The notes beneath the pieces were generated by a model. The model did not search any database and had not been told where the DNA came from. It was given only the letters and a program-made list of their open reading frames with translations. The translations under genes and the position numbers were made by a program. From Acidobacteriota bacterium (GTDB taxonomy: Bacteria; Acidobacteriota; UBA6911; RPQK01; JAJDTT01), in the NCBI GenBank assembly GCA_965217775.1, contig CBDCJH010000002.1, positions 3,104,001 to 3,168,000 on the forward strand: a stretch of 64,000 bases of DNA, written 5' to 3'. Shown here in pieces: positions 1 to 9,863 of the stretch; position 1 is the first letter of the stretch; the number at the start of each line of letters is the position of its first letter.

Positions 1-422
1 TCAAGACCCTGCGCTGGCGGAGACTCCCCGACCTTCCCTTTCCGGTTCACGGGATGGAAGCCGTCGCCTACCGGGACCGGTTCATCATCATGGCCGGCGG
101 CATCAAGGACTATCCGGTGGACCATCCGTACCGCTACAAGGACCGGATCCCCGAGGTGCGCTCCCCCAACTTCGACGTCCTGGTGTTCGACACGGTGGAG
201 AAAACCTACCGGACCCTTCCCTCCAAAATCCTTCCCTTTCCGGTCCACCCCGAGCGGGAGCAACAGATCCGGGAAGCCACCGGCATCGACCTCTCGAACG
301 GGGTCTACCGGCTGGCGGCGGAACTGAGCCTGGTCGGAAAGAAGCTGTACCTTTGCGGCGGGGAGGTCATCAGCCCCCACAACGTCACCGAAGAGGTGGT
401 GGTCGGAACCATCGTCGAGTGA
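1..422 (+). CDS. Kelch-repeat-like beta-propeller protein, C-terminal part (truncated by window edge)
   Basis: Open frame from the window start; Kelch-like motifs (WRRLPDLP, IIMAGG, KLYLCGG); stop at 420-422. Confidence 0.6.
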   Translation, partial: KTLRWRRLPDLPFPVHGMEAVAYRDRFIIMAGGIKDYPVDHPYRYKDRIPEVRSPNFDVLVFDTVEKTYRTLPSKILPFPVHPEREQQIREATGIDLSNGVYRLAAELSLVGKKLYLCGGEVISPHNVTEEVVVGTIVE

Positions 423-455
423 GGAGCCTCCCATCGCAAAGCGATGGCATGGAGA

Positions 456-516
456 GGCGACTTTCTTGTCGCCGATTGAGAGCGGCGGCTTTCTTGCCGC
501 CCACTGGGCGACTGGA
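456..516. repeat. REP-like palindrome cluster, left part (continues at 2434-2468 beyond the intron)
   Basis: GGCGAC-tttctt-GTCGCC (456-473), GGCGGC-tttctt-GCCGCC (484-501) and half-palindrome GGGCGACTGGA (506-516). Confidence 0.75.
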
Positions 517-2433
517 GTCACGGTAGGAACGGCAGTTTCCTGCCGCCCCCCGCACAGATCCGGACGTGCCCGTTAAGGCATCCGGCTCCTACCTTGGGTG
601 TGGACGGCCAGCGGAACCGCTGCCCCGGCCACGGGTGACGGATCTTCACGGATGGCCAGAGCAATTCCGTCATCCGTCGCAACCGTCCCCAGCTGAAGCG
701 GTCGCGTTGGGACCGGCGGCGCAAGGCTCGCAGCCACCGCCGTTGCAGCAGATAGCAGAAACCTCGCAGCCAGCGCGTACTCCCCGGAACCGCAATATAG
801 TTCAGCCAGCCGTTCAGGACCCGGCTCAACCATTTCCCGACCTCCCAGTGATCCGCGTGCCGTTGTCTCCACAGCCTCTCCCCCACCCGTTGCAGGGTCC
901 GGTTCATCCGTTTCGCGCTTGGCTTCCGCCCCAGCCGGAAGCGTCCCTTCCGGGTCTTCGCACAGTAGTGCGTGAACCCCAGAAAGTCGAACGTCTCCGG
1001 TTTCCGCTCCCCGCGTCGTCGCCGATCCGCTGCCGCAAATCGTCCGAACTCCACCAGTCGCGTCTTTTCCGGGTGCAGTTCCAGCCCGAACTCGGCGCAC
1101 CGTTCCCCCAGGTCTCGGAGAAACCGTTTCGCGTCCGCCCGTCTCTGGAATCCGGCCACGAAGTCGTCCGCATATCGCACCAGGATCGCTTCGCCTTTCG
1201 GGACTCGTGGGCGCCACGTCCGATGGAACCATTGGTCCAGCACGTAGTGCAGGTACACGTTGGCCATGACCGGCGAGACGTTGGCGCCCTGAGGCGTCCC
1301 TCTCCCCGTGTCCGACCAGGTCCCTTCTTCCATCACGCCGGCGTTCAGCCACTTGCGCAGCAGCCGCAGCACCCGCCGGTCTCCGATCCGCCGTTCCACG
1401 AACTGCATCAGGCAGTCCCGGTCGATCGCATCAAAGAACGTCCGAATGTCCGCGTCCACGATCCAATTGACTTTCCGCCGTTCGATCCCGTAGGCCAGTG
1501 CATCCAGCGCGTCATGCGCCTTCCGTCCGGGCCGGAACCCGTAGCTGAGCCCGAGAAACTCCGCCTCGTAAATCGGCGTTAGGAGCTCGTCCACGACTGC
1601 CTTCTGGAGGATCTTGTCCTCCAGCGCGGCCACGCCGAGCGGTCGTGTCCTTCCATCCGGCTTGGGGATGTTCACCCGCCGGACGGGAGGCGCTCGGTAC
1701 GCGCCCCGGTGCACGCGGCGATGCAGGTCCAGCAGTCGCTCTTCCAGCTTCGCCCCGTACTCCTCCCACCGTACCCCGTCGATTCCCGGGGCAGCATCCT
1801 TCCTCAGTCCGAGGTAGGCGCGGCGCAGGGCCTCCACAGTGATATGGTGCAGCAGCGCGGTCAGTCGCTCCTTGGGGTTTCTCGCGATCGCTCGCCGTAT
1901 CCGGTCCACCGCTTGGGACACGCTCCCCCGACTCTGCGTCCGGCGCGTGCTTTGGCTCACCGAATTCCCCTTGGTTCCATCCCTTCGCTCCACCGGCTCC
2001 GCCGAGGGTCGCCCCTCTTTGTTCGCCCGCTTCATCGCTACTATGGATGAATCCGATTGCTTCGTTCCGTCCATCATGAGTTTCGGGTTACTCCTTTCTC
2101 ATGCGACCCCGGGGCGACCCCCCGGGGTGAAATGAAGCCCTCCCAGGTCCCGGAACAAGATTTGCGTACGTGCCTGGGTTCTTTGACACCGCGGAGCCCG
2201 GCCGGCCCTCACCTGGGCGGTCCAGCCGGTGTTGCCTTCGACCGCGACTACAGCCTCGGCACTTCCGATCATGGAGCTTTCGATGCTCAATAGCCTGCCC
2301 ATACGCACCGCTACCGACGCTTCGCCGACACCCTCACGGGTGCCCACGCACGGCTCGCGGAGAAACGTGGATGGTTAGTCCTTCGTTTCGGCGGACTTCC
2401 ACCGCCTATCTTGTGCCAGTTAGCCTGGCGCAC
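517..2433 (-). mobile_element. Group II intron (IIB-like), full length
   Basis: Minus strand starts GTGCG at 2433; domain V GAGCCGGATGCCTTAACGGGCACGTCCGGATCTG, a domain VI hairpin and terminal AC at 517; encodes an RT/maturase. Confidence 0.93.
518..2077 (-). CDS. ltrA: Group II intron reverse transcriptase/maturase, no endonuclease domain
   Basis: Motifs APGIDG, IPKPDGRTRPLG, SYGFRPGR, DADIRTFFD, GTPQG, RYADD, FDFLGF; domain X; no HNH. Confidence 0.96.
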   Translation of the reverse strand: MMDGTKQSDSSIVAMKRANKEGRPSAEPVERRDGTKGNSVSQSTRRTQSRGSVSQAVDRIRRAIARNPKERLTALLHHITVEALRRAYLGLRKDAAPGIDGVRWEEYGAKLEERLLDLHRRVHRGAYRAPPVRRVNIPKPDGRTRPLGVAALEDKILQKAVVDELLTPIYEAEFLGLSYGFRPGRKAHDALDALAYGIERRKVNWIVDADIRTFFDAIDRDCLMQFVERRIGDRRVLRLLRKWLNAGVMEEGTWSDTGRGTPQGANVSPVMANVYLHYVLDQWFHRTWRPRVPKGEAILVRYADDFVAGFQRRADAKRFLRDLGERCAEFGLELHPEKTRLVEFGRFAAADRRRRGERKPETFDFLGFTHYCAKTRKGRFRLGRKPSAKRMNRTLQRVGERLWRQRHADHWEVGKWLSRVLNGWLNYIAVPGSTRWLRGFCYLLQRRWLRALRRRSQRDRFSWGRLRRMTELLWPSVKIRHPWPGQRFRWPSTPKVGAGCLNGHVRICAGGGRKLPFLP

Positions 2434-2468
2434 AATCGCCCCTCCTGTGGGCGACAGGGATGTCGCCC
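2434..2468. repeat. REP-like palindrome cluster, right part
   Basis: AATCGCCC (completes the palindrome split at 516) and GGGCGACA-ggga-TGTCGCCC (2449-2468). Confidence 0.75.
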
Positions 2469-2472
2469 CTCC

Positions 2473-3966
2473 TCAAAGCAGCGCTCGGGCGCTTCGGGGC
2501 GGAATTACCCGAAATCCATAGATCGTGGCCTGCTTCAGATGCAGACGAATGCTGAAGGCCCCCTGGGCCACCACCGGCGCCAGATTCTCCCGCCCCTCCC
2601 AGACCACTTCCTGTTGATGCCCGTTGCCGGTCAAGGGCCGGCAGTTCTCGCGTGAGTAACCCGGGATGATCCTGCCCTGGGCATCCATGAGCTCGGCCCG
2701 GATCTCGCCGCCCTCGGCTTCCGCGTTCAGCAGCAGTCCCGGCTCCCGGTCCTTGGCCAGGAGGAGCCGGGTGGTCAACGTCCCCTCGGTCCCTGCCCTC
2801 CAGCCGGCGAACCCTCCCTGCTGGTACAGCGCCAGACCCACCCCTCTCGTCCCCTCCCAGTCGTGCAGGGAGTGGTCGCTGCCCGCATAGAAGACGGCCA
2901 TCCGGCCGTCGACCACGGCCTCCGCGGGGATCGGCCGAACCGAGCCGGCATCCCATGCTCCCGCGCTGGTGTCTGCAAAATAACCGTCGCGGAATCGCGT
3001 CCAATCGATTCCGTCCCGGCTCAGGCCCAACTGTCCCCGGAAGATCTCGTTCTCCGAGTCGTAGCCCTCCCCGTACATGACGTAGACGTCCCGGGCCCGG
3101 CTGTATTTGAAGATGCCGGGACCATAGATCTGCCATGCCGGAGGATCCCGTTCGTCGAGCGTGTGAACCGTGACCGGCGCCGACCAGTGAAACGCGTCCG
3201 GGCTCGTGGCACGTCCGATGGACCGTTTGCCCCGGACGTGGGTTCGAAAGTAACCGGCGTAGAGGCCGATCCGGTCGTCCCAGAAGAAGAGGTTGTGGGT
3301 GTCGAAGCCCCCCAGACGGTTGACGTACGGGGTGAATTCCCAACGGATTCCGTCGGCGGAGTAACCGATTCCCACGCCCCGGCCCCGGAAGTCCCAGCGA
3401 TTGAGCATCATCTTGTAGCGCCGGCCGGGGTCCGCTTCCGCATAGTCCTTCACCACCCAGTAGACGGGCGTTCCCCGCGGGCGCTCGTTGGGGTCCAGGA
3501 ACAGGATGTTGTTGTCCTTGGAACCCTGGAAGTCCACCAGTCCCAACTCCGGTTTCTCCCACCGGATGCCGTCGGAGGACTGGGCATAGAGGCAATGGCT
3601 GCGGTTGACCCCCTCCTCGGTCCGGCCCAGGATCTGGTACCACATCCGGTAGAGCCCCTCCTCCTCGTCGTGCAGGATGGCCACGTAGTTGAGGATCCCC
3701 TGACGCTCCCAGGGACGGTCGATGACCAGAAGGGGGTTGGCAGGGTGTTTTTCAAGCCGCGCCTGCACCAGCTCCAAGCCCTCCCGGCTCCGGACCAGCC
3801 GGTCGTCATGCAGCAACAGCACCTGCTGGCGGTTCAGCACCAGTGGCTCCGTTGCGGACGGAGGATCGGCAATGGGCCCGCAACCGGAGCCGGCTCCCAT
3901 CAGAAGTACGCCGCAGATCAAGGCGGCGGGACCGGCAGGTCCAAGCTGGAGTGGTTTTCTGGTCAT
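2473..3966 (-). CDS. Exported glycoside-hydrolase-like five-bladed beta-propeller protein
   Basis: Signal/lipobox-like N-terminus; repeated S-x-D-G-x-x-W boxes; GGFDTHN motif; C-terminal domain shared with 44954 and 50304. Confidence 0.7.
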   Translation of the reverse strand: MTRKPLQLGPAGPAALICGVLLMGAGSGCGPIADPPSATEPLVLNRQQVLLLHDDRLVRSREGLELVQARLEKHPANPLLVIDRPWERQGILNYVAILHDEEEGLYRMWYQILGRTEEGVNRSHCLYAQSSDGIRWEKPELGLVDFQGSKDNNILFLDPNERPRGTPVYWVVKDYAEADPGRRYKMMLNRWDFRGRGVGIGYSADGIRWEFTPYVNRLGGFDTHNLFFWDDRIGLYAGYFRTHVRGKRSIGRATSPDAFHWSAPVTVHTLDERDPPAWQIYGPGIFKYSRARDVYVMYGEGYDSENEIFRGQLGLSRDGIDWTRFRDGYFADTSAGAWDAGSVRPIPAEAVVDGRMAVFYAGSDHSLHDWEGTRGVGLALYQQGGFAGWRAGTEGTLTTRLLLAKDREPGLLLNAEAEGGEIRAELMDAQGRIIPGYSRENCRPLTGNGHQQEVVWEGRENLAPVVAQGAFSIRLHLKQATIYGFRVIPPRSARALL

Positions 3967-4016
3967 GCGTTTCTCCCGGGTGGCGTCACCGAAAATCGCG
4001 AACTATGATGAGGCTC

Positions 4017-4955
4017 ATGGTGCCACAGCACGAGACCGGCCAGAAGGGATTGACCAAGGAAGAGATTCGCGAAGGCCTGATCCGGATCGGATTGGGGCCG
4101 GGGAACGTGGTATTGGTCCATTCGGCCATGCGGACCTTCGGTCATATTCAGGGTGGGGCCGAAACCGTGGTGGAAGCCTTCCTGGAGATCCTGGGACCGT
4201 CGGGAACTCTGGTGGCGCCCAACTTCACTTTTGTTCACGAAGCCGAGGAGGATCCCCTCATCGATCCGGAAAACGACCCTTCAGAGATGGGAATCATCAG
4301 CGAAACGGTGCGGCGGCACGCCCGGGCGATCCGCAGCACGGGGTTTCGTCACTCCTTCTCGGCCATCGGTCCCAGGGCCGAGGTCATCACCCAGGTGGAC
4401 CCCGCCCTCTCCGTCTTCGATCTGCGCTCCTCCTTCGGCGTCATGCTGGCGCTGGACGCCCAGATCGTGCTGGCGGGAATGACCTACCACGCGTCCACCA
4501 GCCACCACTTCGCCGAATGGTTCTGCGACGTGCCCTACCGCCGCACCATACCGCTGAACGTCCGGGTCCGCCGCCCCGACGGCGCCATCGTCCGCCAGTC
4601 CATGCTCGACTACCAGCCGAAGCCGGGCGAAGCCGGCGCCTATTACGATCGCCACACCGACTTCAACCGCCTCGGCCGCATGCTCGAAGAGCAGGGGTCG
4701 GTGGGGATCACGGCCATCGGAAACGCCGTGGTCCGGCGTTTTGCCATGCGGGACCTCATCGACCTGGCCCGAGTGGAGGCGGCCGCCGACTACAACATCT
4801 TCAGGGTGGCCGATGAGACCGCCCAGGACGATTTCGCGCCCCTGGACTTCGGCCGGACCGTTCTCAGCCCGCCCTTGCCCGACGGCGCCGGCCGCATGAA
4901 CCAGTACCAGTGGTGCGTGGTGGACGAAGCCGCGCTCCAGGCGACCCTGAAGTAG
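4017..4955 (+). CDS. AAC(3)-family N-acetyltransferase
   Basis: VLVHSA, GTLVAPNFT, MGIISE, HSFSAIG, STSHHFAE motifs; start chosen after GAGG. Confidence 0.85.
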   Translation: MVPQHETGQKGLTKEEIREGLIRIGLGPGNVVLVHSAMRTFGHIQGGAETVVEAFLEILGPSGTLVAPNFTFVHEAEEDPLIDPENDPSEMGIISETVRRHARAIRSTGFRHSFSAIGPRAEVITQVDPALSVFDLRSSFGVMLALDAQIVLAGMTYHASTSHHFAEWFCDVPYRRTIPLNVRVRRPDGAIVRQSMLDYQPKPGEAGAYYDRHTDFNRLGRMLEEQGSVGITAIGNAVVRRFAMRDLIDLARVEAAADYNIFRVADETAQDDFAPLDFGRTVLSPPLPDGAGRMNQYQWCVVDEAALQATLK

Positions 4956-4958
4956 TTC

Positions 4959-5474
4959 TCAGAACTCGTCCAGACCCAGGATCCGGAAGCTGTTATCCGC
5001 CGTCTCGTAGAGTCCCAGGCTGGGCGATTTTCCCATCTCCCCCAGCAAACCCGGATTGGCCAGCAGCACCTGCCTTCCCCCGGCCTCCAGAACCTCCTGG
5101 CGGCAAGTGTGGTCATGCCCGAAAAAGACGGCGTCGTACTGCCCCGTCAATGCCAAACCCCGGGCCAGGGTGGGATAATGCTGCAACGCGATCTTCCGGC
5201 CGTCGATCTCGATCTCGCCCAGTTCGGCGCCGTGGTGGTGCAGATGGGGGAACTCGGTGGTCCGGGTGACCATCAAGAAAGGATCCCCGTCCACGTTCCC
5301 GAGCACCAAGTGGATCTGGCCCTGAAACGCCGCCGCCAACCGCCGCAGGGTCAGAGGCGCGCAGACGTCCCCGCAGTGCAGCAGCATGCGGACCCCGAGC
5401 CCGTTCAGGTAGCGGCAGGCTCGATCCAGGTTGGGCCAGTTGTCGTGAGTGTCGGAAATGACGGCGACCTTCAT
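4959..5474 (-). CDS. YfcE-type metallophosphoesterase
   Basis: ISDTHDN, HCGD, GNVD, GHDH, NPG motifs. Confidence 0.9.
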   Translation of the reverse strand: MKVAVISDTHDNWPNLDRACRYLNGLGVRMLLHCGDVCAPLTLRRLAAAFQGQIHLVLGNVDGDPFLMVTRTTEFPHLHHHGAELGEIEIDGRKIALQHYPTLARGLALTGQYDAVFFGHDHTCRQEVLEAGGRQVLLANPGLLGEMGKSPSLGLYETADNSFRILGLDEF

Positions 5475-5780
5475 TGCGTTCCAGCGTAAGAATGGCCGCT
5501 CCCAGTGTCAATCGCCGGAAAGCTCCCCCACTGGCCGTAACCCAGCGCAATCCTGCCCAAAAAAAGAGGGATTCGGGGGAGCAGGCTTTCCAGACGCCGG
5601 ATCCGGAGCACTGATGAAGAGGGGGACTGAAAGTCCCTCCTCCCAGGGTGCCCCGACGCGCCGTGGAAACCGGACCGCACGCATTCCTGATTCCCTTTGG
5701 TTCTTGACAGGAACACCTGATGGGTCCATATCTGAGAGCATGCAAATCGAATCCGACAACGGTCCGTAAGGACCACTGCC

Positions 5781-7109
5781 ATGGAGAGTTCAATGGCCCA
5801 AGCCAACCGTCGTTCGTTCCTCAAGTCGGCCGCACTTTCGAGCGCGGTACTGGCGGTCCCCGCATTCCGAAAGGATTCCCAGAGTCCCAACGAGAAGTTT
5901 CGCGTCGCCTGCATGGGTGTCCGCGGCAGGGGAAAAGGCCTGCTCTACGGATTCGCCGAGCTGAAGGATGTGGAGGTGACCCACGTTTGCGACGTGGACA
6001 CCCGGGTCTTCGAGGAACGACTCAAGAAGACCGAGGATCTGCAGGGAAAACGCCCCAAGGCCGAGACCGACTTCCGGCGCCTTCTGGACGACCCGTCCAT
6101 CGACGCCATCGTGATGGGGACTCCCACCCATTGGCACGCCATCCCTACCATCCTGGCCTGCCAGGCCGGAAAGCACGTCTACGTGGAAAAGCCCGCCTCC
6201 CACAACATGAAGGAGGGCCGGGCCATGGTGGAGGCGGCCCGAAAATACGACCGGATCGTGCAGGTGGGCATCCAGTCCCGCAACGGCCGTTTCTTCCAAC
6301 AGGCCATCGACTACATCCGTTCCGGCGTCCTGGGAAAGGTCCGCTTCGCCAAGGGTTGGGAGAGCGCCCACAACCGGAACCTGGGGTTCCCCGCCGACAC
6401 CGCCACTCCGTCCGGCGTCGACTACGACATGTGGCTGGGACCGGCTCCCAAACGCCCCTTCAATCCACTCCGCTTCCATAGCAACTGGCGTTGGTTCTTC
6501 GATTACGGTTGCGGGGACCTGGGCAACGACGGGGTCCATCGCCTCGACTACGCCCGTCGCGGGTTGGAGGCGGGTCTCGATGCCCAAGGGGAGACCCTTC
6601 CCGAGTGGCCCTCGGCGGTGAGCGCCAGCGGCGGCAAGCTGGTTCTGGATGACTGCCAGGAATGGCCCGACACCCAACTGGTCATGTATGACTACCCCAA
6701 CTGCATCCTCATGTACGAGATGCGCCTCTGGTCCCGGCCTCCCCTGGAGGGCCTGGTGGAAGGCGCCGTCATCTACGGGGAAAACGGCTATGTGATCATC
6801 GGCAACCGCAGTTGGCGAGCCTACGGCCCCAAGGCGGAATTGCTTCACGAAGCCAAGGGCTCGATGAAAGAAGACGACGTCCGGCACAAGCGCGATTTCC
6901 TGAAGTGCATCCGAGACGGCGGCAGACCCGCCTGCGACATCGAAATCGGCCATGTCGCCTCCGGAATCGTCCATCTGGGCAACATCGCCTGGCGCACGAA
7001 CAACAAGCTCAAGTTCGATGCGGCCACCGAGACTTTCACCAACGACGAGGAGGCCAACCGGTTGCTGGGCCGGACCTATCGAGAGCCCTGGACGCTCCCG
7101 AAGGTCTGA
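5781..7109 (+). CDS. Gfo/Idh/MocA oxidoreductase with Tat signal
   Basis: NRRSFLK; TPTHWH, GKHVYVEKP, DYDMWLGPAP, GNDGVH. Confidence 0.93.
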   Translation: MESSMAQANRRSFLKSAALSSAVLAVPAFRKDSQSPNEKFRVACMGVRGRGKGLLYGFAELKDVEVTHVCDVDTRVFEERLKKTEDLQGKRPKAETDFRRLLDDPSIDAIVMGTPTHWHAIPTILACQAGKHVYVEKPASHNMKEGRAMVEAARKYDRIVQVGIQSRNGRFFQQAIDYIRSGVLGKVRFAKGWESAHNRNLGFPADTATPSGVDYDMWLGPAPKRPFNPLRFHSNWRWFFDYGCGDLGNDGVHRLDYARRGLEAGLDAQGETLPEWPSAVSASGGKLVLDDCQEWPDTQLVMYDYPNCILMYEMRLWSRPPLEGLVEGAVIYGENGYVIIGNRSWRAYGPKAELLHEAKGSMKEDDVRHKRDFLKCIRDGGRPACDIEIGHVASGIVHLGNIAWRTNNKLKFDAATETFTNDEEANRLLGRTYREPWTLPKV

Positions 7110-7259
7110 GTCCGAGAGACCCGGACGGCACATGGCGAAGCCGAGGCGTGGCTCCTCACCACGGGACGGCATCCACCCACCGTTTGATCCCTGGACGTCA
7201 GGGGCGGGGCGCGGTGTACTCACCCATTCAATCCGAAAAAGCGAAACACGAGGTTGACC

Positions 7260-8507
7260 ATGGCGGACAGCAAACCGAACCGAAACATCATGAGCGTCAG
7301 TTGGGGCGACCATCTGGAAGCCTGGGACGGGGATGACGCGATGGATCAGCCGGACAAGATTCTTCGCTGCGCCGAGCGCTGGCAGTCAGAGTTCGGCGCC
7401 GGCGCCATCTACTGGCGGGAGATGCGGAGCTGGAGCAAGTTCCGGATCGGCTTCACTCCCCCCGGCGCCCCGCCCCGCAAGGTCTTCGACGACTACGAGA
7501 GGAAGGGCTACGACGAGCATGAGTTGATCACCACCCAGGTCAAGGAGATGGGCTACAAGGTCTACATGTACGCCACCATGTTCGACGAAGGGTTCCCTCT
7601 GAGCGAAGGCTGGCAGGGAGGCATCTACGGCTGGCAGAGTCAGTTCACCATGGCCAACCCGGAGTACCTGGCCCGGGACAAGGAGGGCCGGCCCCATTAC
7701 GGCATCATGGAGTACTCCTACCCGGACGTGCGCCGCTACACCATCCGGAGAATCCTGTCGGCCCTGGGAGACTATGACTTCGACGGAGTGTTCGTCTGCA
7801 CCCGCTCCCAGTCCAAGCCGGCCGTCTACGGCGACCAGTTCGGATTCAACGCGCCCGTAGTCGAGGAATACGAACGGCGCTACGGCGTGGACATGATGCG
7901 GCGCAATTTCGAACTGGAGCCTTGGCGGCGGCTGCGGGGGGAGGGCGTGACCCAGTTCCTGAGAGAGTTGCGGTCGGCCCTCAACGCCCGGGGAATGAAG
8001 TTGGGCATCGGAGTCCCCACCGGGAATTACATCGGTCCTCCCTTGGGCAACCTCTACCTGGACTGGAGGACCTGGGTCGAGGAGAAGCTCCTGGACGATC
8101 TGGTCATCAACCAGGTGGCGGTGCGCTGCCCCTCTTTCTGGCACCTCATGTGGCCCAAGAATCCGGGTTACGGATACTTGGTCAATGACGAGGACCACTA
8201 CGGAATCAAGGGGGGAGACGACTACGGCGAGAAGCGCTTCTGGTCCATCCCTCTGGTCAAGGGTTCGCCTGCTTACGAAGGGGCAATGAAGCGCCTGTAC
8301 GGAGCCATCCGGGACGACTACAGCCCCCACTGCGCCCGGCACGGATGCCGGCTTCACGTGGCCCGCATGTGGTCAGTGCACGACCCGGAGGAAGAGGCCC
8401 GGCTTCTCGACACCGAGGGCGTGTCCGGCCTGGCGATCGGCTCGTTCGGAGCCGTCGTGGACCGGCGGGCCGGCGGCGTCCGCCCCGACGTGGCCAATCC
8501 GGCCTGA
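7260..8507 (+). CDS. Putative TIM-barrel glycosyl hydrolase-like protein (GHL10-like), copy 1
   Basis: NPEYLARD...YSYPDVRRY...YDFDGV pattern; paralog of the next gene. Confidence 0.6.
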   Translation: MADSKPNRNIMSVSWGDHLEAWDGDDAMDQPDKILRCAERWQSEFGAGAIYWREMRSWSKFRIGFTPPGAPPRKVFDDYERKGYDEHELITTQVKEMGYKVYMYATMFDEGFPLSEGWQGGIYGWQSQFTMANPEYLARDKEGRPHYGIMEYSYPDVRRYTIRRILSALGDYDFDGVFVCTRSQSKPAVYGDQFGFNAPVVEEYERRYGVDMMRRNFELEPWRRLRGEGVTQFLRELRSALNARGMKLGIGVPTGNYIGPPLGNLYLDWRTWVEEKLLDDLVINQVAVRCPSFWHLMWPKNPGYGYLVNDEDHYGIKGGDDYGEKRFWSIPLVKGSPAYEGAMKRLYGAIRDDYSPHCARHGCRLHVARMWSVHDPEEEARLLDTEGVSGLAIGSFGAVVDRRAGGVRPDVANPA

Positions 8508-8562
8508 GTCCGGTTCGGATCTTTGACGTGTCAGTTTGGAAAGGGATCCTGCTAAGTTGACC

Positions 8563-9810
8563 ATGGCGGACAGCACCACGAACCGGAACATCATGAGCGT
8601 CAGTTGGGGCGACCATCTGGAAGCCTGGGACGGGGACGACGCCCTGGATCGGCCGAACAGGATTCTGCGCTGTGCCGAGCGCTGGCGGCGTGAGTTCGGC
8701 GCCGGCGCCATCTATTGGCGGGAGATGAGGAGTTGGAGCAAATTCCGAATCTGCTTCAGCGCCCCGGGCGCTCCGCCGCGAAGGCTCTTCGACGACTACG
8801 AGAGGAAAGGCTACGACGAGCACGAGCTGATCACCACCCAGCTCAAGGAGATGGGCTACAAGGTCTACATGTACACCACCATGTTCGATGAAGGACTCCC
8901 GTTGAGCGAAAGCTGGCAGGGAGGCGTCTACGGCTGGCAGAGCCAGTTCACCATGGCCAACCCCGAGTACCTGGCCCGGGACCGGGAGGGCCGGCCCCAC
9001 TACGGCGTCATGGAGTACGCCTACCCGGACGTGCGCCGCTACACCATCCGCCGAATCCTGTCGGTGCTGGGGAACTACGACTTCGACGGGGTCTTCGTCT
9101 GCACCCGCTCCCAGTCCAAGCCGGCCGTCCACGGCGACCAGTTCGGATTCAACGCGCCCGTAGTCGAGGAGTACGAGAGGCGCTACGGCGTCGATATTAT
9201 GCGGCGCAATTTCGAGCTGGAGCCCTGGCGGCGCCTGCGGGGAGAAGGAGTAACCCAGTTCCTGAGGGAACTGCGGTCGGCGCTCAATGCCCGGGGAATG
9301 CAGCTGGGGATCGGAGTTCCCACGGGAAACTACATCGGTCCCCCACTGGGCAACCTCTACCTGGACTGGAGGACCTGGGTCCAAGAGAAGCTGCTGGACG
9401 ACCTGGTCATCGACCAGGTGGCGGTGCGCTGCCCCTCTTTCTGGCTCCTCCTGTGGCCCAAGCACCAGGGTTACGGATACCGGGTCAACGACGAGGACCA
9501 TTACGGGATCAAGGGTGTCGACGACCACGGAATCCCGAGCTACTGGTCGATCCCACTGGTCAAGGGCTCGCCTGCGTACCAAGGGGCCATGGACCGCCTG
9601 TACAGTGCGATCCGCGACGACTACGGCCCCCATTGCGCGCGGCACGGTTGCCGGCTCCACGTGGCGCGCATGTGGTCGGCACACGACCCGGAGGAAAACG
9701 CCAGGCTTCTGGACACCGAGGGCGTGTCCGGTCTGGTGATTGGCTCTTTCGGAGCCGCGGTGGACCGGCGGGCCGGCGGGTCGCGTCCGGACGTGGCTAT
9801 TCCGGCCTGA
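8563..9810 (+). CDS. Putative TIM-barrel glycosyl hydrolase-like protein, tandem copy 2
   Basis: Colinear, highly similar paralog of 7260-8507. Confidence 0.6.
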   Translation: MADSTTNRNIMSVSWGDHLEAWDGDDALDRPNRILRCAERWRREFGAGAIYWREMRSWSKFRICFSAPGAPPRRLFDDYERKGYDEHELITTQLKEMGYKVYMYTTMFDEGLPLSESWQGGVYGWQSQFTMANPEYLARDREGRPHYGVMEYAYPDVRRYTIRRILSVLGNYDFDGVFVCTRSQSKPAVHGDQFGFNAPVVEEYERRYGVDIMRRNFELEPWRRLRGEGVTQFLRELRSALNARGMQLGIGVPTGNYIGPPLGNLYLDWRTWVQEKLLDDLVIDQVAVRCPSFWLLLWPKHQGYGYRVNDEDHYGIKGVDDHGIPSYWSIPLVKGSPAYQGAMDRLYSAIRDDYGPHCARHGCRLHVARMWSAHDPEENARLLDTEGVSGLVIGSFGAAVDRRAGGSRPDVAIPA

Positions 9811-9863
9811 GATCAGCCTCCCCGGAAGAGTTCGGCCACCCCTCGGCGGAATAGGAGGAATCC

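Noticed and set aside
518-2077. RT as a retron, DGR or defence RT
   Set aside because: It has domain X and lies inside canonical group II intron ends with domains V and VI
4017-4955. Aminoglycoside resistance gene
   Set aside because: The family includes many non-resistance acetyltransferases and there is no integron or resistance context
5704-5733. Sigma70 promoter upstream of the Gfo/Idh/MocA gene
   Set aside because: Perfect TTGACA but a poor -10 at 17-bp spacing; not supportable from sequence alone
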